DNA of 64,000 nucleotides from Candidatus Polarisedimenticolia bacterium (lineage in GTDB: Bacteria > Acidobacteriota > Polarisedimenticolia > JACPZX01 > DASXTC01). The notes beneath the pieces are model-generated. The model was not told the origin of the DNA and made no database searches. It worked only from the letters and a program-made list of their open reading frames with translations. Positions 36,048 to 45,993 of this stretch are shown piece by piece. The stretch covers positions 69,558 through 133,557 of the forward strand of contig JBOGOC010000060.1 of NCBI GenBank assembly GCA_050747525.1, in the 5' to 3' direction. Position 1 is the first letter of the stretch; every line of letters starts with the position of its first letter. A program made the translations under genes and the position numbers.

Positions 36048-36848
36048 ATGATTCTTCGGTTCATGTTCCGGTGCGGACAGTGCCGGGAAATCTGCAGCCT
36101 GAAGGTCCAGTGGGTGAACCGGGCGCCTGCGCCCGTCCGCTGCACACATTGCGGCGCCACGTACAGCCTCCCCTATGATGCGTCGCGCGACCCCTCCCGT
36201 CCGACCTACCGCCAGGAGATTCACAGGCTGGCCGCCACGTTCAAGCTGGATCCGGCCAGCGCCTGCTCGGTGCGCGAGAAAATCATGACTCTGGATCAGG
36301 CCAAATCACGCGGTCGGGCGATGGCCGGGAAGCCCAGGGCCGCGCGCCAGAAGGCCGCTTCCGGGATGGGCAGGCAGGTGATGATCGGCGCGGGCCTTGT
36401 GTTGATCGCCATCGCGTCCACCGCCATACCCTGGCAGCGGGCTGGAACGCCACCGGCCGCGGAGGCCGCGCCAAGGCCGGCGCGTGTCGAGAAGCGCGAG
36501 CCGGAGCCGATGCCTCCTGCCGAGTACCACGCTCCTCTCAACTTCAGCACCGACCCGATGGGCGAGCTCACCCGGATCTGGGGGCCCGATCCGCGCAGTG
36601 TCCTGATGGCGCTGTGCGAGCATCCACAGACCAGATCCAGGATGGCCGCCGCGTTCATCGCGCCCGGGAGGCCCCCCGGCCCCGCGATCCGGGTGGGGCT
36701 GGTGCGCGACCTGGCCGATTTCGGTGCCCTGCGCGCGCTCACGATTCGCAGAGACTCGCGCACCGGCCGGTGGTACGCGGGGAACGGGAGCGAGCCGATC
36801 ACCCTGGAGCGGCAGGAGACGGTCCCCGCCGGTGCCGATCCGGTCTGA
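36048..36848 (+). CDS. Hypothetical membrane protein with N-terminal zinc-ribbon (CxxC...CxxC)
   Basis: MILRFMFRCGQCREICSLKVQWVNRAPAPVRCTHCGATYSLPYD...; one TM helix (QVMIGAGLVLIAIASTAI); Pro/Ala-rich periplasmic region. Confidence 0.35.
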   Translation: MILRFMFRCGQCREICSLKVQWVNRAPAPVRCTHCGATYSLPYDASRDPSRPTYRQEIHRLAATFKLDPASACSVREKIMTLDQAKSRGRAMAGKPRAARQKAASGMGRQVMIGAGLVLIAIASTAIPWQRAGTPPAAEAAPRPARVEKREPEPMPPAEYHAPLNFSTDPMGELTRIWGPDPRSVLMALCEHPQTRSRMAAAFIAPGRPPGPAIRVGLVRDLADFGALRALTIRRDSRTGRWYAGNGSEPITLERQETVPAGADPV

Positions 36849-37695
36849 GGCTCCTTCCGCGCCCTTTCTCTTCAGCGTCGACCTGGAGGACGTGCGCGAC
36901 ATGATCCCTGGCGGCGCCGCCTGCCGGGAGGCCGTGCCGGAAAACACCTTGCGCTACCTCGACTGGCTCGATCGGCAGGGCGCGGCGTGCACCTTCTTCG
37001 TGGTCGGCCGGACCGCCCGGGCCTATCCCGATCTGATCCGCGAGATCCACCGCAGGGGCCACGAGGTGGCCTGCCACTCCGACAGCCACCGCCCGCTCCC
37101 GGAGCTGGGGCCGCAGGGCCTGCGCGCCGACCTGGCCCGCAACATGGAGGCGCTCTCCCGTTGCGGGGTGTCGACGATACGCGGCTTCCGGGCCCCCGCG
37201 TTCTCGCTGACCCGGACCACGCGCTGGGCCTACGAGATCCTGCGGGAGTCGGGCCTGACCTATTCCAGCTCGGTCCTTCCCGCGCGCAACCCGCTCTTCG
37301 GCTGGCCCGGATTTGGCGGGGAGCGGACCCTCGATGGGATCCTGGAGATCCCCATGACGGTGGGGCCGCGGCCCATCGCGGTTCCGTTCGCCGGTGGGAT
37401 CTATCTGCGCTGCCTGCCCGGCCCCATCCTGAGGCGCCTGGTCGACGGCGCCGCCCGGCGGCAGGCTCCGCTGGTCGGCTACGTCCATCCCTACGACATC
37501 GATACACGGCAGGAGCGGTTCACCCATCCGCACCTGGGGCGACTCCGCCTGCTGAACCGGCTCATGTACGTCAACCGCGATCGCGTCTTCGATCGGCTCG
37601 ACGACGTGATCCGCAGGGGCTTCCGGATCCTCACCTACCGGCAGTACGCGGCGGCTCGTGGCGGGGCCGTGATGACGGCGGGGGCCCGCTCGTGA
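36832..37695 (+). CDS. Polysaccharide deacetylase (DUF3473 / XrtA-system-associated type, NodB homology)
   Basis: ...FLFSVDLEDVRDM...ACTFFVVGRTARAYPDLIREIHRRGHEVACHSDSHRPL...GFRAPAFS... matches the EPS-locus DUF3473 deacetylase family. Start assigned to GTG 36832 (uncertain). Confidence 0.6.
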   Translation: MPIRSEAPSAPFLFSVDLEDVRDMIPGGAACREAVPENTLRYLDWLDRQGAACTFFVVGRTARAYPDLIREIHRRGHEVACHSDSHRPLPELGPQGLRADLARNMEALSRCGVSTIRGFRAPAFSLTRTTRWAYEILRESGLTYSSSVLPARNPLFGWPGFGGERTLDGILEIPMTVGPRPIAVPFAGGIYLRCLPGPILRRLVDGAARRQAPLVGYVHPYDIDTRQERFTHPHLGRLRLLNRLMYVNRDRVFDRLDDVIRRGFRILTYRQYAAARGGAVMTAGARS

Positions 37696-39497
37696 CGCTC
37701 CTTCGAGGCCTCTTTCCCTCCGTCCTGCTCGCGGCGCTCGTCGTCCTCACGTTCGCGACCTCGCTGCCGGGAGCCTTCGTCTGGGACGACCGCCCCCTGA
37801 TCGTGGAGAACGCTCTGATCCGTGACTCGGGGAGCCTTGGAGAGCTTCTGACGTCGGGCTTCTGGCAGACGGGAGACATGCACGATCGGTTTCGCTCGTT
37901 CTTCCGCCCCGTGGTGAGCGCCAGCTACGCCGCCGACTACGCCCTGTGGGGGCTCGAGCCGCTCGCCTATCGCCTGACGAACCTTCTGCTGCACCTGGCG
38001 TGCTGCGTGCTCATCCTGAGGATCGCGATGGGAGAGGGGCTGCCCCTGTGGGCCTCATGGGCGGGGGCGGCGGTGTTCGCCGTGCACCCCGCGCACGTGG
38101 AATCGGCGGCCTGGATCTCCGGGCGGACCGATCTCCTGTGCGGCCTCTTCGTCCTGCTCTCGTTTGCCGCCCACCGCAGGGCGGAGACGGCCGGGTCGGG
38201 GCGCGGATGGCGGATCGCCTCGCTGCTGGCCTTCGCCGTGGCCCTCTTCTCCAAGGAGATGGCCGCGACGCTGCCCGTCCTGATCGCCGCCGACCGCGCG
38301 ATGAGGCCCTCTTCGAGGCCCTGGATGAGACGCGCGTTGTCGGCGGGGCTCCCCTACCTGGCGGTCCTGGGCCTGTATCTGGTGGCCCGCCACTTCGCAT
38401 TGGGGCACGAGGCGTCTCCTCTGTACCGGCTCACCCCATGGGCCCACGCGGCCACGGGGATGTTCGTCCTCGGCCGCTACGTGGCGCTCCTGCTGGTGCC
38501 GGCAGGGCTGGACGCGCACTACCCGTATGAGCCCATTCAAACCTTGGCCAGCCCGCTGGCGATCCTGTCCGCCTTCATGCTCGGCGTCATCGCCTGGGGA
38601 GCGTGGAGACTCAGGCGTCTGAGCCCGATCTCGTGCTACTGGATCGTGTGGATCTTCGTCTCGCTGACCCCGGTGCTCACCTTCGGCACGTTCGGGGACG
38701 TGCTGATGGCGGACCGCTTCCTCTATATCCCTTCGGTGGGGCTCTGCATGCTGGCCGCCCGGTGCGCCGCTGCCTGGGCGAGTCATGCGGACCGCCCCGG
38801 CCTGAGGCCGATGACGTATGCGGCCGTGGCCGGATTCCTCGCGGTCCTGACCTTCGGCTCGGCGGCGCGCGCCAGGGTCTGGACGGACGACCTCAGGCTT
38901 TTCAGCAGGATGGTGGAGACGTCGCCCCATTCCCCCATGGTGAGGTGCAACCTGGGTCTGGCGTACTACAACAAGGGGCATTTCAAGGCCGCCACACAGG
39001 AGTTCGAATCGGCGATCCGTCTGTACCCGAAGTTCTCCATGGCGCACAACAACCTGGCCGCGGCCCTCGAGCGCGAAGGCAGGCTCGGCGAAGCGCTCGC
39101 CTCATACGAGCGGGCGCTCAGGGTGGCTCCAAGACAGGTGGAGAGCCGGATCAACGCCGCGAGCCTGCGCGTGCGCCTGGGCATGCAGGAGCGCGGGATC
39201 CAGGAGCTGGACGCCCTCATCGAGCTGCACCCGCGCTACACGCCCGGGATCTACGCTTATGCGGACGCCATGGATCAGATCGGCCGCGACGACGACGCGT
39301 TGATGTGGACGCGCCGCGTTCTGGCGATCGATCCTGCCTACCCCAACGCCCACTATCTGGAAGGGAAGCTGCTCGCCCAGAAGGGCGAGACGCGCCAGGC
39401 GGCCGCCGCCATGCGACGCTTCCTCGAGCTGTGGCCCTCCGAAGGGGTCCATGCCGCCGCGGCACGCCGCGTCATTGCCCAGGCCGAAGGCTCATGA
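37692..39497 (+). CDS. Multi-pass membrane protein with C-terminal TPR repeats (GT39/PMT/TMTC-like glycosyltransferase architecture)
   Basis: GTG start overlapping previous stop. ~11 TM helices including ...FVWDDRPLIVENALIRDSG... (conserved TMTC/PMT-like loop), then 5-6 TPR repeats (...CNLGLAYYNKGHFKAATQEFESAIRLYPKFSMAHNNLAAALEREGRLGEALASYERALRV...). Confidence 0.55.
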   Translation: MTLLRGLFPSVLLAALVVLTFATSLPGAFVWDDRPLIVENALIRDSGSLGELLTSGFWQTGDMHDRFRSFFRPVVSASYAADYALWGLEPLAYRLTNLLLHLACCVLILRIAMGEGLPLWASWAGAAVFAVHPAHVESAAWISGRTDLLCGLFVLLSFAAHRRAETAGSGRGWRIASLLAFAVALFSKEMAATLPVLIAADRAMRPSSRPWMRRALSAGLPYLAVLGLYLVARHFALGHEASPLYRLTPWAHAATGMFVLGRYVALLLVPAGLDAHYPYEPIQTLASPLAILSAFMLGVIAWGAWRLRRLSPISCYWIVWIFVSLTPVLTFGTFGDVLMADRFLYIPSVGLCMLAARCAAAWASHADRPGLRPMTYAAVAGFLAVLTFGSAARARVWTDDLRLFSRMVETSPHSPMVRCNLGLAYYNKGHFKAATQEFESAIRLYPKFSMAHNNLAAALEREGRLGEALASYERALRVAPRQVESRINAASLRVRLGMQERGIQELDALIELHPRYTPGIYAYADAMDQIGRDDDALMWTRRVLAIDPAYPNAHYLEGKLLAQKGETRQAAAAMRRFLELWPSEGVHAAAARRVIAQAEGS

Positions 39498-40194
39498 GGC
39501 CGCGCGCCGCGGGGGCCGACGCCACGAAGAGGCGGTGCGACAGGTAGCTCCAGCGATCGAGCCGCTCGGAGTCGGTCTCCAGGCCGAGCGACCTCAGCTC
39601 GTCGGCCAGCTGCGCGGCGCTCCAGAGATGGACTCCCGACGGCGCCATGTCCGCCCAGGAGCGTGACCCTCCCAGGGTCACCTTGACGCCCACCACCAGG
39701 TATTCCTGAAGCCTCACCAGCGCGGACTTCCAGGCCGGCTCGCGGGTCTGCTCCTTGATCAGAAGCACGCCGCCGGCCGACAGCCGCGCCGACAGGATCC
39801 GCAGCAACTTTCTCTGGGCGGGGAGCGGGCGGTAGAAGAGGACGTCGGCCACCACGATGGCGTCGAACAGGCCGTCTGGTGGATCCTCGATGTCGCGGCG
39901 CTCGAAGCGCACGTTGGCGAGCCCCCGGCGGCGGGCCACGGCGCGGGCGACCTCGAGCCGGGCCTCCAGCAGATCGATCCCCACCACGTCGCGGGCCCGG
40001 CTCCCCTCCGCCACCATCAGGGCCAGCAGCCCGTGCCCGCATCCCACGTCCAGGATCCTGCCGGATGCAGGGAACGTGGACACGAGGCGATGGAAGTGGG
40101 GGAATCCCAGCCAGCGGAACGAGAGGTGGGCGGCCGCGGCCGGGGAAACGCGGCCGTACCGCCCAATCCAGCCGAGCGCGGAGACGGCGCCCAT
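39472..40194 (-). CDS. Class I SAM-dependent methyltransferase
   Basis: ...GRILDVGCGHGLLALMVAEGSRARDVVGIDLLEARL... (motif I) ...FDAIVVADVLFY... (motif II/III). Confidence 0.6.
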   Translation of the reverse strand: MGAVSALGWIGRYGRVSPAAAAHLSFRWLGFPHFHRLVSTFPASGRILDVGCGHGLLALMVAEGSRARDVVGIDLLEARLEVARAVARRRGLANVRFERRDIEDPPDGLFDAIVVADVLFYRPLPAQRKLLRILSARLSAGGVLLIKEQTREPAWKSALVRLQEYLVVGVKVTLGGSRSWADMAPSGVHLWSAAQLADELRSLGLETDSERLDRWSYLSHRLFVASAPAARGLMSLRPGQ

Positions 40195-42317
40195 CAGGCC
40201 GGGCCTGTCGAGAGCAGGGATGCTTTGCGCACCTCCATGATGGCGTCTCCCTTCCTGGTGGTCACGACGACCTGACTCGGGCGGCACCCTTCGGGGATGT
40301 CGAACCGGGCCTGGTAAGCGTGCCCCCAATAGTGGCTCGCCGAGACATTGTCGCGCCACCAGGACTGGATCACGTGCGTCTTCTCCAGCCCGTGCTTCAT
40401 GAAGGGCCGCGACTCGAAGCGATCCGGGGCCGTCTCGGCGGTCTCCAGGCCGGCGCGGATCTCGAACACGGTGCCGGAGCACAGATGCCCTTGCAGGCGC
40501 GCCCACGCGACCACCTGTCCCTCTTCGACAGCACCGCCGTTCAGCAGCAATGTGACCAAGTCGAGCTGGAGGCGCTCTCCGTGAATCGGCTCCACGGGTG
40601 CGCTGACGGTCGCCGTGGGCTGGTCGATGGTCGGGCCCGAGGGGGGAGCCGCGAGCTGCAGCCGGGCGCTGCTGCCCGGCAGCACCTTGGTGGGCGCGGA
40701 TGTCTCGGCCACCAGGCGCGTGGCGTCGTGGTTTCTCGAGACGGCGGCCACTCCGGCCGTGGCCGCGATCACGCAGACGAGCGCCACCGCGGGCCATGAC
40801 CTGAACCGTCCCTCACGCTGCAGCAGCAGGGTGGCGCCTACGATGACTCCGCATGCGGCGCAGGCCGCCGCCAGCCATCCCAGCATGCGGCCCCAGCTTC
40901 CGTCCTGGATCGCGGCCTTCACCTGCTCGACCACGAGCACCTGGTTCCATCCGTGGGATTGGGTGAGGCCGTCCAGCAGCCATGCGGGAGCCTCGTGGAT
41001 CTGGCGCTCCAGGATTTCCCTGAATCGGGGGGGCCGGTTGTGCTCTATCCACTCCAGCCGGAACTGCGCCATCAGCAGCAGATTCCAGTACACGAAGGGG
41101 GTCGACGCCAGCGCGATCCCGAGTGTGCCGAGACGGCGCGCCGCCGCGGCCAGGGCCATGGCGAAGCCGAGTGCCAGGACCGGCCACACGCTCAGGAAGT
41201 ACCTCGCGCCGAACGAGGCCCCTCCCCACCAGTATCCGTACGAGGCGATGGCCCACCATTCCAGCACCAGGAGCGACAGGGCCCCGCGGAACAGGCGCGG
41301 ATGCTCGCGGCGCAGGAGAAACAGCCCCGCCGCCCCCACGGCGCACAACGGGGTCCACGTGAACAGGCCGTTGTAGTCGGAGAAAAGGACCTGCAGGAAG
41401 GCGGGCCGGCTCCAGATGAAGGGATCTCCGATATCGGCATAGACATGAGGCAGAGGATGTCCGGAGGTCCCGATCCAGGCGGCGATCTGGGGAGCGACGC
41501 CGAGCAGCGTGCCGCCTCCCAGCAGCGCACCGCCTTTCAGCGCCGAGCGCCATCTCGAGGGACCCGGAGCGGTCAGCAGATCGAGGGCCGGCAGCGCCAG
41601 GTAGACGACATCCTGAGGATGAACGAGCGCCAACGCTCCCGCCAGGATCCCCAGGAGCAGGAGCCGGCCCGGTCCGTGCTCTCCTTCCCCATGGAGCCAC
41701 ACCAGCAGGAAGCATGCGCCGAGAAAGATGGTGGCCGCGTGCGGATACGCGGGCCAGATGAACGCGAACCAGGCGAGCGGCGTGGCGTAGGTCATGGCGA
41801 TGGCCGCGATGGCGGCGGGTGAATCCCCGGCGAAGCGGCGGGCCAGACGATAGGTGAGGGCGATGCCGGCCACGGCCAGCATCATCGATCCGAAGGTGTA
41901 GGCTCCCGTCTCGAGCGGTCCGTAGCCATCCCCTCCGGGCAGGACGCCGTGCCGCGCCAGGGCCGCCGCCACGGGCTTCACGGCGATGGCCAGGGGCGTC
42001 ACCAGCAGCGAAGAGCCCAGGTGGAAGACCGGCGTGGAAGGAGGAGGCAGGTACATGCCGTTGGGATTGCGCAGGACGAACTCTTCGTAGGTGTCGAGGT
42101 CGGCGTCGAACAGCGCGGAGCGCAGATAGCTGTAGTACCAGAGGGCGTCGTGGACCAGGACGTTCTGGAAGAGGAGGACGAACCCGGCGGCGCAGGCGGC
42201 ACCGAGGATCGCGGCCTGTCTGTGGCGTGACGCGGGAAGGCGTCGCACCACCGCGACGACGACGGCGCATAGCGCGAGCGAGAAGGACAGCCCCGAAAGG
42301 AAGGGAAGCAGAGTCAC
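40194..42317 (-). CDS. Large integral membrane protein (ArnT/GT39/DUF2723-like N-terminal 12-TM domain + C-terminal periplasmic domain)
   Basis: 707 aa; N-terminal 450 aa highly hydrophobic with multiple helices; soluble C-terminal ~200 aa. Same strand as downstream methyltransferase. Confidence 0.45.
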   Translation of the reverse strand: MTLLPFLSGLSFSLALCAVVVAVVRRLPASRHRQAAILGAACAAGFVLLFQNVLVHDALWYYSYLRSALFDADLDTYEEFVLRNPNGMYLPPPSTPVFHLGSSLLVTPLAIAVKPVAAALARHGVLPGGDGYGPLETGAYTFGSMMLAVAGIALTYRLARRFAGDSPAAIAAIAMTYATPLAWFAFIWPAYPHAATIFLGACFLLVWLHGEGEHGPGRLLLLGILAGALALVHPQDVVYLALPALDLLTAPGPSRWRSALKGGALLGGGTLLGVAPQIAAWIGTSGHPLPHVYADIGDPFIWSRPAFLQVLFSDYNGLFTWTPLCAVGAAGLFLLRREHPRLFRGALSLLVLEWWAIASYGYWWGGASFGARYFLSVWPVLALGFAMALAAAARRLGTLGIALASTPFVYWNLLLMAQFRLEWIEHNRPPRFREILERQIHEAPAWLLDGLTQSHGWNQVLVVEQVKAAIQDGSWGRMLGWLAAACAACGVIVGATLLLQREGRFRSWPAVALVCVIAATAGVAAVSRNHDATRLVAETSAPTKVLPGSSARLQLAAPPSGPTIDQPTATVSAPVEPIHGERLQLDLVTLLLNGGAVEEGQVVAWARLQGHLCSGTVFEIRAGLETAETAPDRFESRPFMKHGLEKTHVIQSWWRDNVSASHYWGHAYQARFDIPEGCRPSQVVVTTRKGDAIMEVRKASLLSTGPA

Positions 42318-42324
42318 GCGCGCA

Positions 42325-43668
42325 TCAGGCGACTTGGCTCGCGGCCAGGCCGATCCCGGCGACCAGATCGAGCGCCTGCCGGATCCCCTGGGCCGTGCTG
42401 CCGTACCAGAACGAGCCCTGCCGCCCGCACAGGTGAAGGTTCCGGATGCTCCTGAGGGACGCTTCGATCACCGCGAAGTGGCGGTCGTAGCCCACCTTGT
42501 AGACAGGGTAGGCGCTGGGAGCGCGCCGCACCCACGAGGCCTCCACCTCCGAGGCGGATCCGATCCAGCCGATCTTCACCAGGTCGTTCACCGCCCGGCG
42601 GACCTGCGCCTCGTCGTCCTCGCGCCAGACGCCATCTCCCACGTCGCAGGCCACCTCCAGGCAGAGACCGGTCTTCCCCGGGGGGGCCATGGCCGGAGAG
42701 TAGTTGGTGGTCTCGCTCAATCGGTTGAACCGGATGGAGGGGTCGGGCACGTACACCCAGTGATCCTCGGTGAGGCGGTCCCTGGCGATGCCGAGATAGA
42801 CGCCGATCATCGCCCTGTTGCGCAGGGCCGCGGCGGACGCCAGGGGTTCCGGACCCGCGGACGGCTCGAGCGCCTGCAGAAGGCCCTTCAGCGGGATGGT
42901 GGAGACGACGAGGTCGGCGGGAAGATCGAGCCGGCCGTCGCCGGAGCGAACTTCGACGCTTCGGATCGCGCCGCCGCGGCGCAGGAGCCTTTCCACCCGG
43001 TGTCCGAGCAGCAGCCGGCCTCCGGAGGTCTGAAAGAGCCTGGCCATGCCGTCGGGGATCTCCATGAAGCCGCGGGCCGGGTAGAGGAAGTCGTCCCAGG
43101 GGTCGGCGCGCCTGATGAGGCGCTGGACGAGCTGGCGGAGCACGCCGGCGTCGGGAACGGCCCCCACCGCGAGGTCGGTCGAGAGGTCCTGGGGCGGGCA
43201 GCCGCACAGTTTCTCCGTGTAGGGCCCGAAGAAAACGTCGAACAGAGGCGCGCCGTAGCGCGACACCAGGTAGGCCCGGAAGTCATCTCCGCCCGGGCTC
43301 TTCCCGAAGCGCGCGGAGGCGTAGCCTGCTGCGGCCCGCAGCGCGAACAGGGCCGATCCCCCCACCAGGAGATCGCGCAAGTCGATGGGATAGTTGTAGA
43401 GGCGGCCATCCAGCAGGATGCGGCTCACCTTGCGGCGCGAGACGAGCGGCTCGCCCACGCATTCCCGCACCAGGCTCAGCACGTCGCTGTCACGGGTCCA
43501 GAGGCGGTGGGAGAACAGATCGAAGGTGTAGCCGCGGTCGCGGAAGCCCCAGGCCAGGCCCCCGGGATACGGCGCCGACTCGACGATCGTGGTGTCGGCG
43601 CCGGCGCGGGTGAGGGCTATCCCGGCGGTCAGGCCCGCCACGCCACCGCCCAGGACAACGGCCTTCAT
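42325..43668 (-). CDS. FAD-dependent oxidoreductase (amine-oxidase/protoporphyrinogen-oxidase-like fold)
   Basis: MKAVVLGGGVAGLTAGIALTRAGADTTIVESAPYPGGLAWGF... (GxGxxG + ...E...GG). Confidence 0.65.
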   Translation of the reverse strand: MKAVVLGGGVAGLTAGIALTRAGADTTIVESAPYPGGLAWGFRDRGYTFDLFSHRLWTRDSDVLSLVRECVGEPLVSRRKVSRILLDGRLYNYPIDLRDLLVGGSALFALRAAAGYASARFGKSPGGDDFRAYLVSRYGAPLFDVFFGPYTEKLCGCPPQDLSTDLAVGAVPDAGVLRQLVQRLIRRADPWDDFLYPARGFMEIPDGMARLFQTSGGRLLLGHRVERLLRRGGAIRSVEVRSGDGRLDLPADLVVSTIPLKGLLQALEPSAGPEPLASAAALRNRAMIGVYLGIARDRLTEDHWVYVPDPSIRFNRLSETTNYSPAMAPPGKTGLCLEVACDVGDGVWREDDEAQVRRAVNDLVKIGWIGSASEVEASWVRRAPSAYPVYKVGYDRHFAVIEASLRSIRNLHLCGRQGSFWYGSTAQGIRQALDLVAGIGLAASQVA

Positions 43669-43694
43669 GGTCTCTCCTGTCGGCGGTTCGCGGC

Positions 43695-45011
43695 CTATCT
43701 CTGCCGGAAGTCCATCACCCTCAGCGGGAACCCGTTCATGACCTCGTTGATCACTTCGGTGCAGTAGATGGTTTCGTGGTTCCCGGCGCCATTGGCCTGC
43801 AGCACCGCCCGGTCGAAGCCGTCCACCGGCCCGGTGCAGTCGTCCGCGGTGCCGAAGATGTCGTCGGGCCCGGCGACGTCGGCCACCAGCGTGCTGCCTA
43901 TACTCGTGCCGTTGCCGCCGCCGTCACGCAGCATGCTGCCCTTGCCCACCACGAAGTAGACGCCTTCCAGGGAGGAGTTTCCGTCCAGAGTCAGGTTGCC
44001 GGTGACCCAGATGAATCCGCGGTAGGTCCCGGGACCCAGGTCGAGATCGCCGTCCACGAAGGTGACCGTGTTGACCGTGGCCGTGGTGTCGAGGTGCGAG
44101 CAGGAAGCCGAGTCGTAGCAGACGTAGTCGGCGACGGCCCGCACCTGGTCGGCCATCACCAGCAGGGCGTCGCAGTCCGTGTACGTCGGGTCGATGGAGC
44201 CCGACACGTCGTTGACCACGTCCACGCCGGTCTGGCCATCGGACTGATAGTCCAGAGGCTTGACGGCGCCGGCCTCCGCGGAGGCCTCCGAGGCGGTCCC
44301 GATCGTTCCCACCACGTCGACCGACAGGCCAGGCTGTCCGGTGTACGGAGTGCCTGCGCAGTCATCCCCGATGTACGTCTTGGCGCCCGAGCTGCCGCCG
44401 TAGAAATCGGCCGTGGGGCCCAGCATGGTGATGGTGGCGGGGAGCATGGGGAACGGATCGCGCTCCACCACGGCCTGCACCAGCTCGATGCCGCGATCCG
44501 GAGACGTGCCGATGGAGGTGATCATCACCCGGTCGTTGGTGTCGTTCAGGTTGGTGACCCCGTCGGTGGCGTCGTTGGTGAGGAAGGCCGCGTACCACCC
44601 GCGCCCGAAGCTCGTGAGAGGGCGCAGCGGCACGTCGTTGCCGTACCCGGTGAAGGCGGTGACGGCGCCGGACGTGTTGTAGGTGGGCGCCAACGCCGCG
44701 ACGTTGAGGTCCAGGTTCGGGTCCACGGCCGCGGCCTGCAGCTCGTCGTCCAGCGTGTACGGATCGGCGGAGACGACGTTGGCCGCGCGCAGGGCCTCGC
44801 GGGCGTCCTCGAGCCCCGCCTCGGCGACGTAGAAGGCGCGCTTGCCCTTCACGTCGATCTGGTTCATCCGAACATCCGAGTTGGCCAGGGACACCAGCGC
44901 GATCCCCATGGCCGTCACCAGGGCCAGCACCACTATGGACATGACCAGGGCAGAGCCTTTGTCCCGGTTCGGGCGTCCTTCCGCAGTCGTCGTCACGTGT
45001 GTGTCCATCAC
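43695..45011 (-). CDS. PilX-like type IV pilus minor pilin / assembly protein
   Basis: N-terminal ...GSALVMSIVVLALVTAMGIALVSLANSDVRMNQIDVKGKRAFYVAEAGLEDAREAL matches PilX N-terminal domain; last gene of a minor-pilin operon. Confidence 0.55.
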   Translation of the reverse strand: MMDTHVTTTAEGRPNRDKGSALVMSIVVLALVTAMGIALVSLANSDVRMNQIDVKGKRAFYVAEAGLEDAREALRAANVVSADPYTLDDELQAAAVDPNLDLNVAALAPTYNTSGAVTAFTGYGNDVPLRPLTSFGRGWYAAFLTNDATDGVTNLNDTNDRVMITSIGTSPDRGIELVQAVVERDPFPMLPATITMLGPTADFYGGSSGAKTYIGDDCAGTPYTGQPGLSVDVVGTIGTASEASAEAGAVKPLDYQSDGQTGVDVVNDVSGSIDPTYTDCDALLVMADQVRAVADYVCYDSASCSHLDTTATVNTVTFVDGDLDLGPGTYRGFIWVTGNLTLDGNSSLEGVYFVVGKGSMLRDGGGNGTSIGSTLVADVAGPDDIFGTADDCTGPVDGFDRAVLQANGAGNHETIYCTEVINEVMNGFPLRVMDFRQR

Positions 45012-45598
45012 AGGCCGCCTCTCAGGTAGACGTCGCTTTCGACGGTGTAGCGCAGGTACTGGCGCGTCCGCGGGTCAGGTTCCGCGGAACGCGTCGTGAT
45101 CTTGATGGTGATGCGTTGCGGGTTCGTGGTGTCGTCGGGCGTGAACAGCGGCTCGGCGGTCCCGTCGCCGTCCGCGTCGTTGGTGACGTTCTCCGCCAGC
45201 ACCACGAACGGCACGTTCGGATCGGCGACGCGTCGCCATTCCAGCGTGTTGTTGAAATGGCGGATGGTCACCGACTCGCCGTCGTCATCGATGTTGTTGT
45301 TCTCGAGGAGGTCCGCGTTCGCCGTGATGAAGTTGTCGGTGTTGGGATCAGGGTCCAGCACGATGGCCGCGAATCCGTTGTTGCGCGGATCCCACCCGGC
45401 GGTGCGCAGCGTGTTCACGATGAGGGTCATGCAGTTCCGGGCGTCCGCCTGCGCGGCCAGCTTCATTTGCTGCACCTTGTTGGTCTGCGCGCTCTGGATC
45501 AGCAGAGGCGCGGCCGCAGCGAAGGCCACCGCCACCAGAGTCATGGCGACCAGGATCTCGACCAGGCTGAAGCCGCGCTCGCGGCGCCGGGTGCTCAT
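45008..45598 (-). CDS. PilW-like type IV pilus minor pilin (prepilin N-methylation motif)
   Basis: MSTRRRERGFSLVEILVAMTLVAVAFAAAAPLL: class III signal peptide G|FSLVE. ATGA overlaps with neighbours. Confidence 0.6.
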   Translation of the reverse strand: MSTRRRERGFSLVEILVAMTLVAVAFAAAAPLLIQSAQTNKVQQMKLAAQADARNCMTLIVNTLRTAGWDPRNNGFAAIVLDPDPNTDNFITANADLLENNNIDDDGESVTIRHFNNTLEWRRVADPNVPFVVLAENVTNDADGDGTAEPLFTPDDTTNPQRITIKITTRSAEPDPRTRQYLRYTVESDVYLRGGL

Positions 45599-45993
45599 CG
45601 CGTCCTCTTCGTGGCCAGCTGGCATTCCTTGGTCAGCCCTATGGAGGTACGCGTCGCGATCGCCCGCACCACGATGGTCTTCACCTTGGGCGGGCTGACG
45701 TCGTTCGTGACCGTCCACCGCACCAGAACGTCGGGATCGGAGTTGTTGAAGAACCCGGTGGTGTCGGTCGTCAGACTGCCTCCGGCGGCGAGCGAGGTGA
45801 AGGGTGTGGCACGCAGCAGCTCGAGCCGCTCGACCGCGGCGGCCGACGTGGCGCTCATGTCGTCGGACGAGGCGGTGATCCTCGACCCCTGGTAGAACAA
45901 CGGCGCCACCGCGAGGATCCCCACCCCCACCACGAACAGGGCGGTCACCACCTCAGCCAGAGTGAAGCCGGATTCCCTGCGATGTGGGCTCAT
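45595..45993 (-). CDS. PilV-like type IV pilus minor pilin
   Basis: MSPHRRESGFTLAEVVTALFVVGVGILAVAPLF: prepilin G|FTLAE motif. Confidence 0.6.
   Translation of the reverse strand: MSPHRRESGFTLAEVVTALFVVGVGILAVAPLFYQGSRITASSDDMSATSAAAVERLELLRATPFTSLAAGGSLTTDTTGFFNNSDPDVLVRWTVTNDVSPPKVKTIVVRAIATRTSIGLTKECQLATKRTR

Noticed and set aside
36987-39497. 836-aa plus-strand ORF
   Set aside because: 5' 235 codons overlap the DUF3473 deacetylase in another frame and are Pro/Arg/Gly-rich. The true start is GTG 37692, where the hydrophobic TM domain begins.
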